This document shows, in pieces, positions 39,697 through 50,248 of a stretch of DNA of 64,000 nt. A program made the translations under genes and the position numbers. Position 1 is the first letter of the stretch. Each line of letters begins with the position of its first letter. The notes under the pieces are model-generated. The model was not told where the DNA came from. It was given only the letters and a program-made list of their open reading frames with translations, and did not search any database. Origin of the DNA: Burkholderiales bacterium (lineage in GTDB: Bacteria > Pseudomonadota > Gammaproteobacteria > Burkholderiales > Burkholderiaceae_C). The stretch is taken from the NCBI GenBank assembly GCA_031386065.1, contig JANNBZ010000184.1, forward strand, positions 1,155-65,154, read 5' to 3'.

Positions 39697-40389
39697 ATGG
39701 CGATGAGCTTCGACCCACAGAAACTGCCGGTGCTCGGGGTGGACCACCACCTCGCTGCGGTCGCGCCCGATGCGCTGTCGGCTGTGTCACTGCGCCAGCG
39801 CTTCACGGCGCCACCGATCTGGGTGCCCGAGATCGCCGCCGAGGCGCGCTTCACGGAGCGCGCTGCAACCCATGCTTCGGTGCTGGTGGCGCTGGTGCCG
39901 GCAGCGGCCGGTGGCGCGTTGACAGTGCTGCTGACACAGCGCACCGACCACCTGACCGACCACCCCGGCCAGGTCAGCTTCCCCGGTGGCCGCCGTGAGC
40001 CGACCGATGCCGACGCAGCCGCCACGGCGCTGCGCGAAGCGTTTGAGGAGATCGGTCTCGCGCCCGCCTTCGTCGACGTGATCGGCGCCATGCCCACCTA
40101 CACCACCGGCAGCGGCTTCATCGTCACGCCGGTGGTCGCGCTGGTGCAGCCGGGTTTCGTGCTGAAGGCTGACCCGTTCGAGGTGGCCGAGGTGTTCGAG
40201 GTACCACTCGCGTTCCTGATGAACCCGGCGCATCACCGCTGGCACGCGGTCGACATCGCCGGCACACAGCGGCGCTTCCTGTCGATGCCCTTCGACAGCA
40301 TCGACGAGACCGGCGCGCCACGCCGCTACTTCATCTGGGGCGCGACAGCGGCGATGCTGCGCAACCTGTACCGCTTCCTCGCGGCATAG
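39697..40389 (+). CDS. NUDIX hydrolase, CoA pyrophosphatase type
   Basis: HPGQVSFPGGRREPTDADAAATALREAFEEIGL NUDIX box, with the upstream motif typical of NudL-type enzymes. Confidence 0.8.
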   Translation: MAMSFDPQKLPVLGVDHHLAAVAPDALSAVSLRQRFTAPPIWVPEIAAEARFTERAATHASVLVALVPAAAGGALTVLLTQRTDHLTDHPGQVSFPGGRREPTDADAAATALREAFEEIGLAPAFVDVIGAMPTYTTGSGFIVTPVVALVQPGFVLKADPFEVAEVFEVPLAFLMNPAHHRWHAVDIAGTQRRFLSMPFDSIDETGAPRRYFIWGATAAMLRNLYRFLAA

Positions 40390-40420
40390 CCCGCAATTTG
40401 CGTCGGTATCATCGGCCCGC

Positions 40421-41410
40421 ATGAGTTTCTTCGCCGTCCTGTTCGCGCTGCTCATCGAACAATTGAAGCCATTGCCGCAGGGCAATGTGGTGCACGATTC
40501 GTTGACTGCGTGGATGCGCTGGACCGGCCGCAACTTCGACGCCGGGCGTGACCGGCACGCGTGGATCGTCTGGTCCATCACGGCGGTGCTGCCGGCGTTG
40601 GCGGCGTGGGGCCTGCATGCGCTCATCAGCCATTTCAGCTTGTTGCTCGCCCTGGTGTGGGACGTGGTCGTGCTGTACCTGACGCTCGGCTTCCGGCAGT
40701 TCAGCCACTACTTCACCGACATCCGCGAGGCGCTCGACCGGGGCGATGAATCACGCGCGCGGCAGCTGCTGTCGGAGTGGCGCCACCTCGATGCGAGCGA
40801 GCTGCCGCGAACCGAACTGCTGCGCCACGTGATCGAGCATTCGTTGCTGGCCGCCCACCGGCATGTGTTCGGCGTGTTCTTCTGGTTCGTTCTGTTGTCG
40901 TCGTTCGGGTTCGGCCCGGCGGGCGCCATCCTGTACCGCATGGCCGAGTACGCGAGCCGTTACTGGGCCTTCAAGAGCCGCACCATCGACGCGCCAGTCA
41001 ACGCCAAGCTGATGGCCTTGTCGCAGCGCATGTTCAACCTGCTCGACTTCGTCCCCGCGCGGCTCACTGCATTCGGCTTCGCGGTGGTCGGCAACTTCGA
41101 AGAAGCGGTGACATGCTGGCGCCGCGACGCGGGCCTGTGGAAGCACCCGAACGAAGGCATCATCCTGGCCGCCGCATCGGGCGCGGTGGGCGTTCAATTG
41201 GGTGGCGGTGCCGCGCCTGGCGTCACGCCCGACCGGTCCAAGACCTTCGAGGCCGGCGCCGAGCCCGATGCGGTGGTCGCCGAAGGCTCCACCACCGGGA
41301 TGCCGCCGGAGCTGGGCCACCTGCGCAGCGTCGTCGGGCTGGTTTGGCGCTCGGTGGTGCTGTGGATGCTGCTGCTGGCGCTGCTGTCGCTGGCCAACCT
41401 CGTCGGTTGA
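40421..41410 (+). CDS. CobD/CbiB-family membrane protein
   Basis: 329 aa membrane protein. The N-terminus MSFFAVLFALLIEQLKPLP and overall layout resemble the CobD/CbiB (AmpE-like) family. From memory only. Confidence 0.65.
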   Translation: MSFFAVLFALLIEQLKPLPQGNVVHDSLTAWMRWTGRNFDAGRDRHAWIVWSITAVLPALAAWGLHALISHFSLLLALVWDVVVLYLTLGFRQFSHYFTDIREALDRGDESRARQLLSEWRHLDASELPRTELLRHVIEHSLLAAHRHVFGVFFWFVLLSSFGFGPAGAILYRMAEYASRYWAFKSRTIDAPVNAKLMALSQRMFNLLDFVPARLTAFGFAVVGNFEEAVTCWRRDAGLWKHPNEGIILAAASGAVGVQLGGGAAPGVTPDRSKTFEAGAEPDAVVAEGSTTGMPPELGHLRSVVGLVWRSVVLWMLLLALLSLANLVG

Positions 41411-41441
41411 CGGCAGGCGCTTGCAGGCCGAGCACGCCGAG

Positions 41442-42344
41442 TCAGCGGCGCTGGCTCAGCTCGCTCAAGATCTCGCCGTAGATGCGGTAGCGCGACTCGC
41501 TGATCTCGCCGCGCGCCAGCGCATCGCGCACGCCGCAGCCGGGTTCGTGCTGGTGCGCGCAGTTGTAGAACTTGCAGTTGTCGGCATGCTTGCGCAGGTC
41601 GGGCATCAGCATCGCGAGTTGCTGCGCGTCGATCTGGCGCAGGCCGAATTCCTGGAATCCGGGGGAGTCGATCAGGCCGCAACGGCGCTCGGCATCGAGC
41701 CAGTACCACTGCGTCGACGTCGTCGTGTGGCGGCCGGAATTCAGCGCCGTCGAGATGTCGCCGATCTGCGCTTTTGCATCGGGTGCGAGCAGGTTGATGA
41801 GCGTGCTCTTGCCCGTGCCGCTCGGGCCGAGCACCAGCGTGGCCTTGTCTTGCAGCAGCGGCAGGATGGCATTCGTCGCGTCATCGGGCCGCGCCTTCAT
41901 CGCGACCTCGATCACATCGACGCCCATCGCGGCATAAGGCAACAGCCGCGCGCGTGCCACATCGATGGAGGGCAGGTCGGCCTTGTTGAGCACGATGCGC
42001 GCGGGGATGCCGGCGCTCTCGGCCGCCACCAGGGCGCGCGCCAGCTGCGATTCGCTGAACACGGGCTGGGCAGCCACCAGCACCAGCAGTTGGTCGAGGT
42101 TGGCGGCGAACGACTTGGTCTTCCACTCGTCCTGGCGGAACAGCAGGTTGCGGCGCGGCTCGACGTGTTCGATCACGCCTTCGTCGCCGGTCACCTGCCA
42201 GCGCACCCGGTCGCCGACCACGCAATCACTCTTCTTGCCGCGCGGGTGGCAGGTGGTCCGTACGCCTTCGAGTGACTCGACGATGTAGTGCCGGCCATGC
42301 CCGGCCACCACCAAGCCGGTGTCGAGCTCTGCGTGCTTGCTCAA
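41442..42344 (-). CDS. rsgA: ribosome small-subunit-dependent GTPase A
   Basis: Circularly permuted GTPase: LNKADL, GPSGTGKSTLINLL, DSPGFQEFGL. C-terminal zinc knuckle CKFYNCAHQHEPGCGV. Confidence 0.9.
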   Translation of the reverse strand: MSKHAELDTGLVVAGHGRHYIVESLEGVRTTCHPRGKKSDCVVGDRVRWQVTGDEGVIEHVEPRRNLLFRQDEWKTKSFAANLDQLLVLVAAQPVFSESQLARALVAAESAGIPARIVLNKADLPSIDVARARLLPYAAMGVDVIEVAMKARPDDATNAILPLLQDKATLVLGPSGTGKSTLINLLAPDAKAQIGDISTALNSGRHTTTSTQWYWLDAERRCGLIDSPGFQEFGLRQIDAQQLAMLMPDLRKHADNCKFYNCAHQHEPGCGVRDALARGEISESRYRIYGEILSELSQRR

Positions 42345-42356
42345 CGAGCGGCCAGG

Positions 42357-42689
42357 TCAGACATCGAATGCAACCAGCGCATCGACCTTGGCGGCGCAGA
42401 TGAAGTCATTGATGGAGATGCCCCCGACCGAATGGGTGTTCAAGCGCACCACGCAGCGGCTGTAGCTGACACTCAGCTCGGGGTGGTGGTCTTCGGTGTG
42501 GGCGATCCACGCGACCGCATTCACGAACGCGATGGTCTCGTGGTAGTTCTTGAACGCATAGGTCTTCTCGATGGCGCCGTTGTTCAGGTGCCAGCCGCTC
42601 ACTTGCGCGAGGTGGTCTCGCACGCCAGCGTCGCCCATCGCAGCGCCGCCTTCGAGGGCCACACAATGTTGACTCAGCAGGTTGCTCAT
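42357..42689 (-). CDS. phhB: 4a-hydroxytetrahydrobiopterin dehydratase
   Basis: 110 aa, ...FKNYHETIAFVNAVAWIAHTEDHHPEL... Confidence 0.9.
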   Translation of the reverse strand: MSNLLSQHCVALEGGAAMGDAGVRDHLAQVSGWHLNNGAIEKTYAFKNYHETIAFVNAVAWIAHTEDHHPELSVSYSRCVVRLNTHSVGGISINDFICAAKVDALVAFDV

Positions 42690-42695
42690 GGTGTG

Positions 42696-43979
42696 TCAGG
42701 CAGGTTGGGGAACGGGCGCTCCGGCGAGCGCAGCGAGCCGCTCCGATGCAGGTGGGTGCGAGTAATAAAAGCGCACGTACAACGGGTCGGGCGTCAGCGT
42801 CGACGCATTGTCTTCGTGCAGCTTGAGCAACGCGGCCGCGAGGTCATTGCCGCTGGCTTGCTGGCACGCGTAGGCATCGGCCTGGAACTCGTGCTTGCGT
42901 GAAAGCTGCGCGAAGAGCGGCGACACGAAGAATGCGAACACCGGTATCGCCAGCAGGAACAGCAGCAGCGCCAACGCATCGTTCGGCGCCGAGAGCGAGG
43001 GCCGGACACCCAGCCCGGCATAGAACCACGGCTGCACCGACAGCCAGCCCAGCAACGCAAAGCCGGCCAGGCTGAGCGCGAACATCGAGCCCATGCGTTT
43101 GAGCACGTGCTTGTGCTTGAAGTGCCCGAGCTCGTGCGCCAGCACCGCCTCGACTTCGCCTGGCGTCAACTTGCTCAGCAGCGTGTCGAAGAAGACCACT
43201 CGCTTGGCGGCGCCGAAGCCGGTGAAGTAGGCGTTGGCATGGGCAGAGCGCTTGCTTCCGTCCATCACGAACAGACCCTTCGCCGCGAAGCCGCAGCGCT
43301 GCATCAGTGCTTGCACACGGACCTTCAGCGATTCATCGGCGAGCGGCTCGAAGGTGTTGAACAGCGGCGCGATCACGGTGGGGTACAGCACGAGGATCAG
43401 CAGGTTGAATGCCATCCAAGCGCCCCACGCCCACAACCACCACAGGCTGCCCGCGGCCCCCATGATCCACAGCATCAGTGCGGCCACCGGCAGGCCGATC
43501 AGCACCGTGACGAGCGCGCCCTTGGCCGCGTCGGCGAGGTAGAGCTTCCAGGTCATCCGGTTGAAGCCGAAGCGCTGCTCGATGCGGAAGGTGCTGTACA
43601 GCTCGAACGGCAGGTCGAGCACCGCGCCGATGAGCGCGAAACACGCCAGCAACGCGAGCTGGTACGCCATGTTGCCGAAGCGCGGTTGCACGCTGGTAAG
43701 CAAGCCTTGGTTGAGCTGTTCGATGCCGCCGAGCAGCGTCCAGCCGAGCAGTACCGCAGCGCTGAACGCCATGCTGAGCAAGCCGAAGCGGCCCTTCGCC
43801 AGCGTGTAGTCGGCCGCGCGCTGGTGGGCGGGCAAGGTGATCGTGGAGGTAAAGGCCGGCGGCACCACGCTGCGGTGGGCCGCCACGTGGCGCATCTGCC
43901 GGGTCGCGAGCCAGAACTTCACCAGCAACGAAGCCAGCAGCGCGGCCGCAAACAAGAGAGTCAGGAAGAGTGCTTGCAT
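42696..43979 (-). CDS. M48 family (Ste24/HtpX-like) zinc metallopeptidase
   Basis: Polytopic protein with HELGHFKHKH (HExxH). ATG at 43979 (MQALFLTLLF). Confidence 0.85.
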   Translation of the reverse strand: MQALFLTLLFAAALLASLLVKFWLATRQMRHVAAHRSVVPPAFTSTITLPAHQRAADYTLAKGRFGLLSMAFSAAVLLGWTLLGGIEQLNQGLLTSVQPRFGNMAYQLALLACFALIGAVLDLPFELYSTFRIEQRFGFNRMTWKLYLADAAKGALVTVLIGLPVAALMLWIMGAAGSLWWLWAWGAWMAFNLLILVLYPTVIAPLFNTFEPLADESLKVRVQALMQRCGFAAKGLFVMDGSKRSAHANAYFTGFGAAKRVVFFDTLLSKLTPGEVEAVLAHELGHFKHKHVLKRMGSMFALSLAGFALLGWLSVQPWFYAGLGVRPSLSAPNDALALLLFLLAIPVFAFFVSPLFAQLSRKHEFQADAYACQQASGNDLAAALLKLHEDNASTLTPDPLYVRFYYSHPPASERLAALAGAPVPQPA

Positions 43980-44026
43980 GGGCGCGCAGTGTAGACCTGC
44001 GAAAATGACCTGATGGAGCACCTTGC

Positions 44027-44596
44027 ATGAATCAAACCACCCCCACCGCATTGACCCGCAGCGACGACAACCTGGTCTGGATCGACCTGGAAATGACCGG
44101 CCTGTACCCCGACACCGACCGCATCATCGAGATCGCCGTGGTCGTGACCGATGCGAACCTGGGCAACCGCACTGCCGGCCCGGTGTTCGCCGTGCACCAG
44201 AGCGACGCGTCACTCGACGCGATGGACGCCTGGAACAAGGGCACGCACGGCCGCAGCGGCCTGATCGACCGGGTCAAGGCGTCGACCGTCGACGATGCGC
44301 AAGCCGAGGCGCAGGTCATCGAATTCCTGAAGCAGTACGTGGGCAACAACAAGTCGCCGATGTGCGGCAACAGCATCTGCCAGGACCGGCGCTTTCTTGC
44401 CAACTACATGCCCAAGCTCGAAGCGTTCTTTCACTATCGCAATCTCGATGTGAGCACGCTGAAGGAACTGGCCAAGCGCTGGAAGCCCGAGGTGGCCGCG
44501 AGTTTCAAGAAGGCGCAGGCGCACACGGCGCTGGCCGACATCCAGGAGTCCATCGACGAACTCGCACACTACCGCGAGCACTTCTTGGTGAAGTGA
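44027..44596 (+). CDS. orn: oligoribonuclease
   Basis: [11 protein letters not shown]...[10 protein letters not shown]...[12 protein letters not shown]...[13 protein letters not shown]...[12 protein letters not shown]. Confidence 0.95.
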   Translation: MNQTTPTALTRSDDNLVWIDLEMTGLYPDTDRIIEIAVVVTDANLGNRTAGPVFAVHQSDASLDAMDAWNKGTHGRSGLIDRVKASTVDDAQAEAQVIEFLKQYVGNNKSPMCGNSICQDRRFLANYMPKLEAFFHYRNLDVSTLKELAKRWKPEVAASFKKAQAHTALADIQESIDELAHYREHFLVK

Positions 44597-44620
44597 TGCC
44601 CGGTCAAGTGATGCCCGGTC
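44591..44620 (+). repeat. perfect 15-bp tandem duplication (AAGTGATGCCCGGTC x2) spanning the orn stop codon
   Basis: Read directly: 44591-44605 is identical to 44606-44620. Confidence 0.9.
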
Positions 44621-44655
44621 CATTGCGGCGTTAACCTCGCAAAGAGCGGGTGATC

Positions 44656-44684
44656 TTGCGGGAAAACCCCATCCGGCATAGAAT
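44656..44684 (+). promoter_or_regulatory. candidate sigma70 promoter (TTGCGG-17 nt-TAGAAT) for the DEAD-box helicase gene
   Basis: Hexamers with an ideal 17-nt spacer. Implies a leader of about 350 nt before ATG 45041. Confidence 0.4.
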
Positions 44685-45040
44685 CGCAGGCTTGCAGCAG
44701 TTCAGACCGCTGCATTTCGTTCATCCCCTCTGACCTCTTCGAGTCTTCCGGCATTTGGTGCAGGCAAAAAGCCCAGCGCACGCTGCACAGCCGGTACGTT
44801 CGAACCCCAGTGGCCCCATGTGCAAAGTGCACGGGCCCTGCAAGGAATGGTTGGCGGCGATGCCGTCGCTTTGACTGTTCCCGAGGTTCAGCCCCACGCC
44901 GTTCTGGCAAGGGCTGGTTCGGACCTTCTCCCCAGCGACTGATTGGCTTGCTCCCTCACCGGAGCGGCTGGTGCGTTGATGCACGCCTTTCACAAGGTGG
45001 CGTGCAGCCGTGCCGTGTATGAAGATGAAAGAAGACGACC

Positions 45041-46627
<1,587 letters not shown>

Positions 46628-46630
46628 GCC

Positions 46631-46720
46631 TGTGAACAACGCGCCGACGGCGCCTTGATGTGAACAACGCGCGAAGTGCGCGTTAAATGAACAAGGCCCG
46701 CTGATGCGGGCCTTGTTGTT
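46631..46720. repeat. three tandem modules of TGAACAA + GC hairpin between convergent genes
   Basis: TGAACAA at 46633, 46661 and 46688, each followed by a different hairpin (5-, 7- and 12-bp stems). Confidence 0.75.
46690..46717. terminator. strong intrinsic terminator (12-bp stem AACAAGGCCCGC-tgat-GCGGGCCTTGTT, then GTT)
   Basis: Read directly. Lies between the helicase stop (46627) and the convergent transglutaminase-like gene stop (46744). Confidence 0.7.
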
Positions 46721-46743
46721 GGTGCTTGCCGGTTCGGTGCGGC

Positions 46744-47676
46744 TCACAGCCGGTGCACCACCACCTTCACCGTCATGCCCAGATAGTCGCCCGGCTCGCC
46801 GTACCAGCTGCCGGATATCGGCGCCGCCTGGGCCGGGTCACGAGCCACGCCGACGCGGATCAGCTGGTTGCCGCCGGTGAAGTTGTTGGTCGGGTCGAAC
46901 GGCACCCAGCCCGCACCCGGCAGGTAGGCCTGCAGCCATGCATGCGTGGCGCCAGCGCCGACGGTGGCGCTGCTGTCGTCTCCTGTGGCACCCACGCTGT
47001 CGAGCGCCGGGTCGTACAAGTAGCCCGACACGAAGCGCGTGGCAACACCCAGGCGGCGCACGGCTTCCATCATCAGCAAGGCGAAGTCGCGGCACGAACC
47101 GGTGCTGAGCTTGAGCGTTTCCTGCGGCGTCTGCGTGCCTTCTTCGTCGCGCTCGGCGTAGCGGAAGTTGTCGCGGATGGCCTGGTTCATCGTGACCAGC
47201 AACTCGCGCGTGCCGGTCAGTCCGTCGGTGCGCAGGAACTGGCGCGCCCAGGCCGTCAGGTGGCCGCCCGGGTCGTCATGGTGGGGCCGCAGGTACTGCT
47301 CCAGGTCGAAGCGCTCGTCCAGGCTGTAGGCGAACGGGAACACCTCGGCGGTGGGCGACAGCGGCAGCTCCAGGTTGTTGGTGTGCGCATGCTCGATGGT
47401 GAAGCTGCAGACGATCTTCAGCTCGGCCGCCGAGGCAAGCGGCTGCACCAGCGCGACCGAGTTCGAGTGCGGGTCCTGGATCATGCGCACCAGCGAATCG
47501 GGGCTGACCTGCAGATCGGTGGCGAGCACGCGCAGGTCGTGGCTGTCACGCGGGCGGAACATCACGCGGTGCTCGCCGAAGCTCACCGGCTGCCGGTAGT
47601 GGTAGATCGTGGTGTGGACGATCTCGTACTGGACCGGCAAGGCCCACTCGACTGCTGCGTCAGACGAATCAGACAC
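46744..47676 (-). CDS. transglutaminase-like family protein
   Basis: N-terminal Bact_transglu_N-like region ([11 protein letters not shown]); core [28 protein letters not shown]...[20 protein letters not shown]. Confidence 0.85.
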   Translation of the reverse strand: MSDSSDAAVEWALPVQYEIVHTTIYHYRQPVSFGEHRVMFRPRDSHDLRVLATDLQVSPDSLVRMIQDPHSNSVALVQPLASAAELKIVCSFTIEHAHTNNLELPLSPTAEVFPFAYSLDERFDLEQYLRPHHDDPGGHLTAWARQFLRTDGLTGTRELLVTMNQAIRDNFRYAERDEEGTQTPQETLKLSTGSCRDFALLMMEAVRRLGVATRFVSGYLYDPALDSVGATGDDSSATVGAGATHAWLQAYLPGAGWVPFDPTNNFTGGNQLIRVGVARDPAQAAPISGSWYGEPGDYLGMTVKVVVHRL

Positions 47677-48016
47677 CGAGCAGGTCGACTTCGAACATCA
47701 GCGTGGCGTTCGGCGGGATCGCGCCGCCCGCGCCACGGGCGCCGTAGCCCAGTGCGGCCGGGATCACCAGCACGCGCGTGCCGCCGACCTTCATGCCTTG
47801 CACGCCTTCGTCCCAGCCCTTGATGACCTGGCCTGCGCCCAGACCGAAGCGGAACGGGTCGCCACGGTCCTTGCTGGAGTCGAACTTCGCGCCCTTGACG
47901 CCGTCGTTGTAGAGCCAGCCGGTGTAGTGCACCGAGACGTGCTGGCCTGCGGTGGCGGTGGCGCCGGTGCCGGCCACGGTGTCTTCGTATTGCAGGCCGG
48001 AAGGGGTGGTGTTCAT
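47669..48016 (-). CDS. FKBP-type peptidyl-prolyl cis-trans isomerase
   Basis: 115 aa, [12 protein letters not shown]...[40 protein letters not shown]. Confidence 0.9.
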   Translation of the reverse strand: MNTTPSGLQYEDTVAGTGATATAGQHVSVHYTGWLYNDGVKGAKFDSSKDRGDPFRFGLGAGQVIKGWDEGVQGMKVGGTRVLVIPAALGYGARGAGGAIPPNATLMFEVDLLGV

Positions 48017-48092
48017 GGGGTGCCTTTCTGTGGGTTTGGAGAGGGAGTCAACCCGCGATGATGCCAGCCTTGCCAACGGCGCCTGCACCCCG

Positions 48093-49004
48093 TCATCGGC
48101 CATACCAGCGATCGCGCCAAGCGGCCACCGCATCGTGCAGCCACGCGGCCTGCGTGTCGGCTGGCGAGTGGACCGCAAGATGCGCGCCCGCCGCCCGCAG
48201 TGCCGCCGGCGGGTCGCGCAGGTCGAGCGGCAGCGCGCCGTTCTGCTTCGACAGCTTCTCGCCGTTGAGTCCGAGCACCAGCGGCGTGTGCATGTACAGC
48301 GGGCAGGGCAAGCCCAGCGCGCGTTGCAGGTGGATCTGGCGCGGCGTGTTGTCGGCCAGGTCTTCGCCGCGCACCACGTGGGTGATGCCCTGTGCCGCGT
48401 CGTCGATCACGACCGCCAGTTGATACGCCCACAAGCCGTCGGCACGGTGCAGCACGAAGTCACCGACCTGGGCGTTCAGGTCTTGCCGGGCAGCGCCCAG
48501 GCGGCGGTCGTGCCACTCGACGACGGCGCCCGAGGCACCGGCCGCCGGCGACACCGTGGTCAGCAGGCGTTGCGCACGCGCCGGCTTGCCGGCCAGGCCG
48601 CATCGGCACGTGCCTGGATACGGGGTCTCGGCATGACGTGGCCAGTGCACGCCGCGCGCGAGCCAGGTGGCCTCGATCTCCTTGCGCGTGCAGCCGCAGG
48701 CGTAGGCCCAGCCGCTGCGCTGCAGCTGCGCGAGCGCCTGCTCGTACAGCGCGCTGCGCTTTGATTGCCACACCGGCGCTTCGTCCGGCAGCAGCCCGCA
48801 GGCGGCGAGCTGATCGACGATCAGCGTGTCTGCGCCTGGCACACAGCGCGGTGCATCCACGTCTTCGATGCGCACCAGCCAGCGGCCACCGTGCGCGCGG
48901 GCGTCGAGCCACGAGGCGAGTGCCGCCACCAGCGAGCCCGCATGCAACGGCCCGGTGGGCGACGGCGCGAACCGCCCGACATAGCCCCGTGCAGGCGCCG
49001 TCAT
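48093..49004 (-). CDS. gluQ: tRNA glutamyl-Q(34) synthetase
   Basis: [38 protein letters not shown] 49004 chosen. The 556-aa listed ORF continues upstream out of frame through the LysR gene. Confidence 0.85.
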   Translation of the reverse strand: MTAPARGYVGRFAPSPTGPLHAGSLVAALASWLDARAHGGRWLVRIEDVDAPRCVPGADTLIVDQLAACGLLPDEAPVWQSKRSALYEQALAQLQRSGWAYACGCTRKEIEATWLARGVHWPRHAETPYPGTCRCGLAGKPARAQRLLTTVSPAAGASGAVVEWHDRRLGAARQDLNAQVGDFVLHRADGLWAYQLAVVIDDAAQGITHVVRGEDLADNTPRQIHLQRALGLPCPLYMHTPLVLGLNGEKLSKQNGALPLDLRDPPAALRAAGAHLAVHSPADTQAAWLHDAVAAWRDRWYGR

Positions 49005-49030
49005 GGGCGCCGTCACATGCGCCGTCACAT
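48995..49030. repeat. three tandem 12-mers (GCGCCGTCATGG / GCGCCGTCACAT x2) at the LysR-stop / gluQ-start junction
   Basis: Read directly. Units 2 and 3 are identical; unit 1 differs at 2 positions. Confidence 0.85.
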
Positions 49031-50110
49031 GCCCGCCAGCGGCACCGCGCAGTGGCGCTCCAGCAGGGCCAGGCGCGTGGTCGGGCTGCGCAACTGCTCC
49101 AGCCACCAGCGCAGCGCCAGGCCCAGCGCGGGCTTGCGCGCCGCGCCATGCTGCGCCGCCGGCAGGGTGCGCCACGCGTAGCCCAGGCGCGCCGCCGGCA
49201 GCACGCGCTGTACCGGTTTCACCACCAGCCGGCCGGCGGCAATGTGTTCGCGGGCCAGCGGCTCGGGCACGAAGCCGCAACCCATGCAGCGCAGCTGCGC
49301 CTCGATCTTCAGCTGCATGCTGGCCACGGTGAGCACGTCCTGCCCCGGCAGCAGGTTGACGGTGATGCGCGTGTTGCGCAGGGCCGAATCGGCCACCGCC
49401 ACCGCGCGGTGGCGCTGCAGCTCGGCGTCGCTGATCGGCGCCGTGCTGGCGGCGAGCGGGTGGTGCGGTGCGACAGCGAAAACGAAGGGCAGCACACCGA
49501 GTTCCTGCGTCTGCACATCGGCCGGCGCACCGCGCTCCAGGCCCACGCCGATGGCCAGGTCGGCGATGCCGCTGGTGAGTGCCTCCCAGGTGCCGGCCAG
49601 CACTTCGGTGCGCAGGCGCAGCCGCGTTCCAGGCCCGAGCGCGCGGGCGGAGAAAGATACGAGCGTGGCCGTGGGCGCGGGTGCGCGCGCGCCCTGAGCC
49701 GGGGCGCCGCCGATCATGCCGAACGCGTCGGCCTGCGGGTCCAGCGCGTAGAACGCCTCGCACAGTTCGAACACCGTGAGGCGCGAGATCACGCCGTCCA
49801 CCGCCACGGTGAGCTGGGTTTCCCAGCCCGTCGCTACGCGCTTCACGCGGTGCGCAACGGCGTCCATCTGTTCCAGCAGGCGCCGGCCTTCGTTGAGCAG
49901 TTCTTCACCGGCGGCGGTCAGCCGTGCCTGGCGCGAATGGCGGTCGAACAGCAGCACGTCGAGCGCGTCTTCGAGCTGCCGCACGCTGTAGGTCAGCGAC
50001 GACGGCACCTTGCCCAGTTCTCGCGCGGCGGCCGCGAAGCTGCCGGTGCGGGCGATCACGTCCATCATCGCCAGCGCGTCGGGAGTCAGTACGTTTCGGG
50101 GTGTGATCAT
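49025..50110 (-). CDS. LysR family transcriptional regulator (YhaJ-like, divergent from a pirin gene)
   Basis: wHTH: [42 protein letters not shown]. The substrate-binding domain is interrupted by an Ala/Pro/Gly-rich stretch. ATG 50110. Confidence 0.85.
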   Translation of the reverse strand: MITPRNVLTPDALAMMDVIARTGSFAAAARELGKVPSSLTYSVRQLEDALDVLLFDRHSRQARLTAAGEELLNEGRRLLEQMDAVAHRVKRVATGWETQLTVAVDGVISRLTVFELCEAFYALDPQADAFGMIGGAPAQGARAPAPTATLVSFSARALGPGTRLRLRTEVLAGTWEALTSGIADLAIGVGLERGAPADVQTQELGVLPFVFAVAPHHPLAASTAPISDAELQRHRAVAVADSALRNTRITVNLLPGQDVLTVASMQLKIEAQLRCMGCGFVPEPLAREHIAAGRLVVKPVQRVLPAARLGYAWRTLPAAQHGAARKPALGLALRWWLEQLRSPTTRLALLERHCAVPLAGM

Positions 50111-50177
50111 CAACGTGGGGATTGGGCAAGGGGCTCGTGAAACAGGGGTCGGCACCGAAGCTTCATCTTATTTGAAC

Positions 50178-50195
50178 GAACGCTTCAATGCGTTC
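50178..50195. promoter_or_regulatory. inverted repeat GAACGC-N6-GCGTTC in the LysR/pirin divergent intergenic region (candidate operator)
   Basis: Read directly. Overlaps a TTGAA-N7-TTCAA repeat. Confidence 0.35.
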
Positions 50196-50248
50196 CGCTG
50201 GCATCACCGATGCGCGCGCCTACATTCGTGGTCAAGGAGAAACCGATC

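Noticed and set aside
44775-44800. GTTCGAACCCC, which resembles a tRNA T-loop
   Set aside because: The flanking bases do not form a T-stem (GGTAC versus CCCCA). I could not build an acceptor or anticodon arm around it, so I do not call a tRNA or tRNA-like attachment site.
49005-49763. Upstream 253 codons of the 556-aa ORF that contains gluQ
   Set aside because: This part runs through the LysR gene on the same strand in a different frame, and its translation is Arg/Ala/Gly/Pro junk. GluQRS homology begins only at the ATG at 49004.
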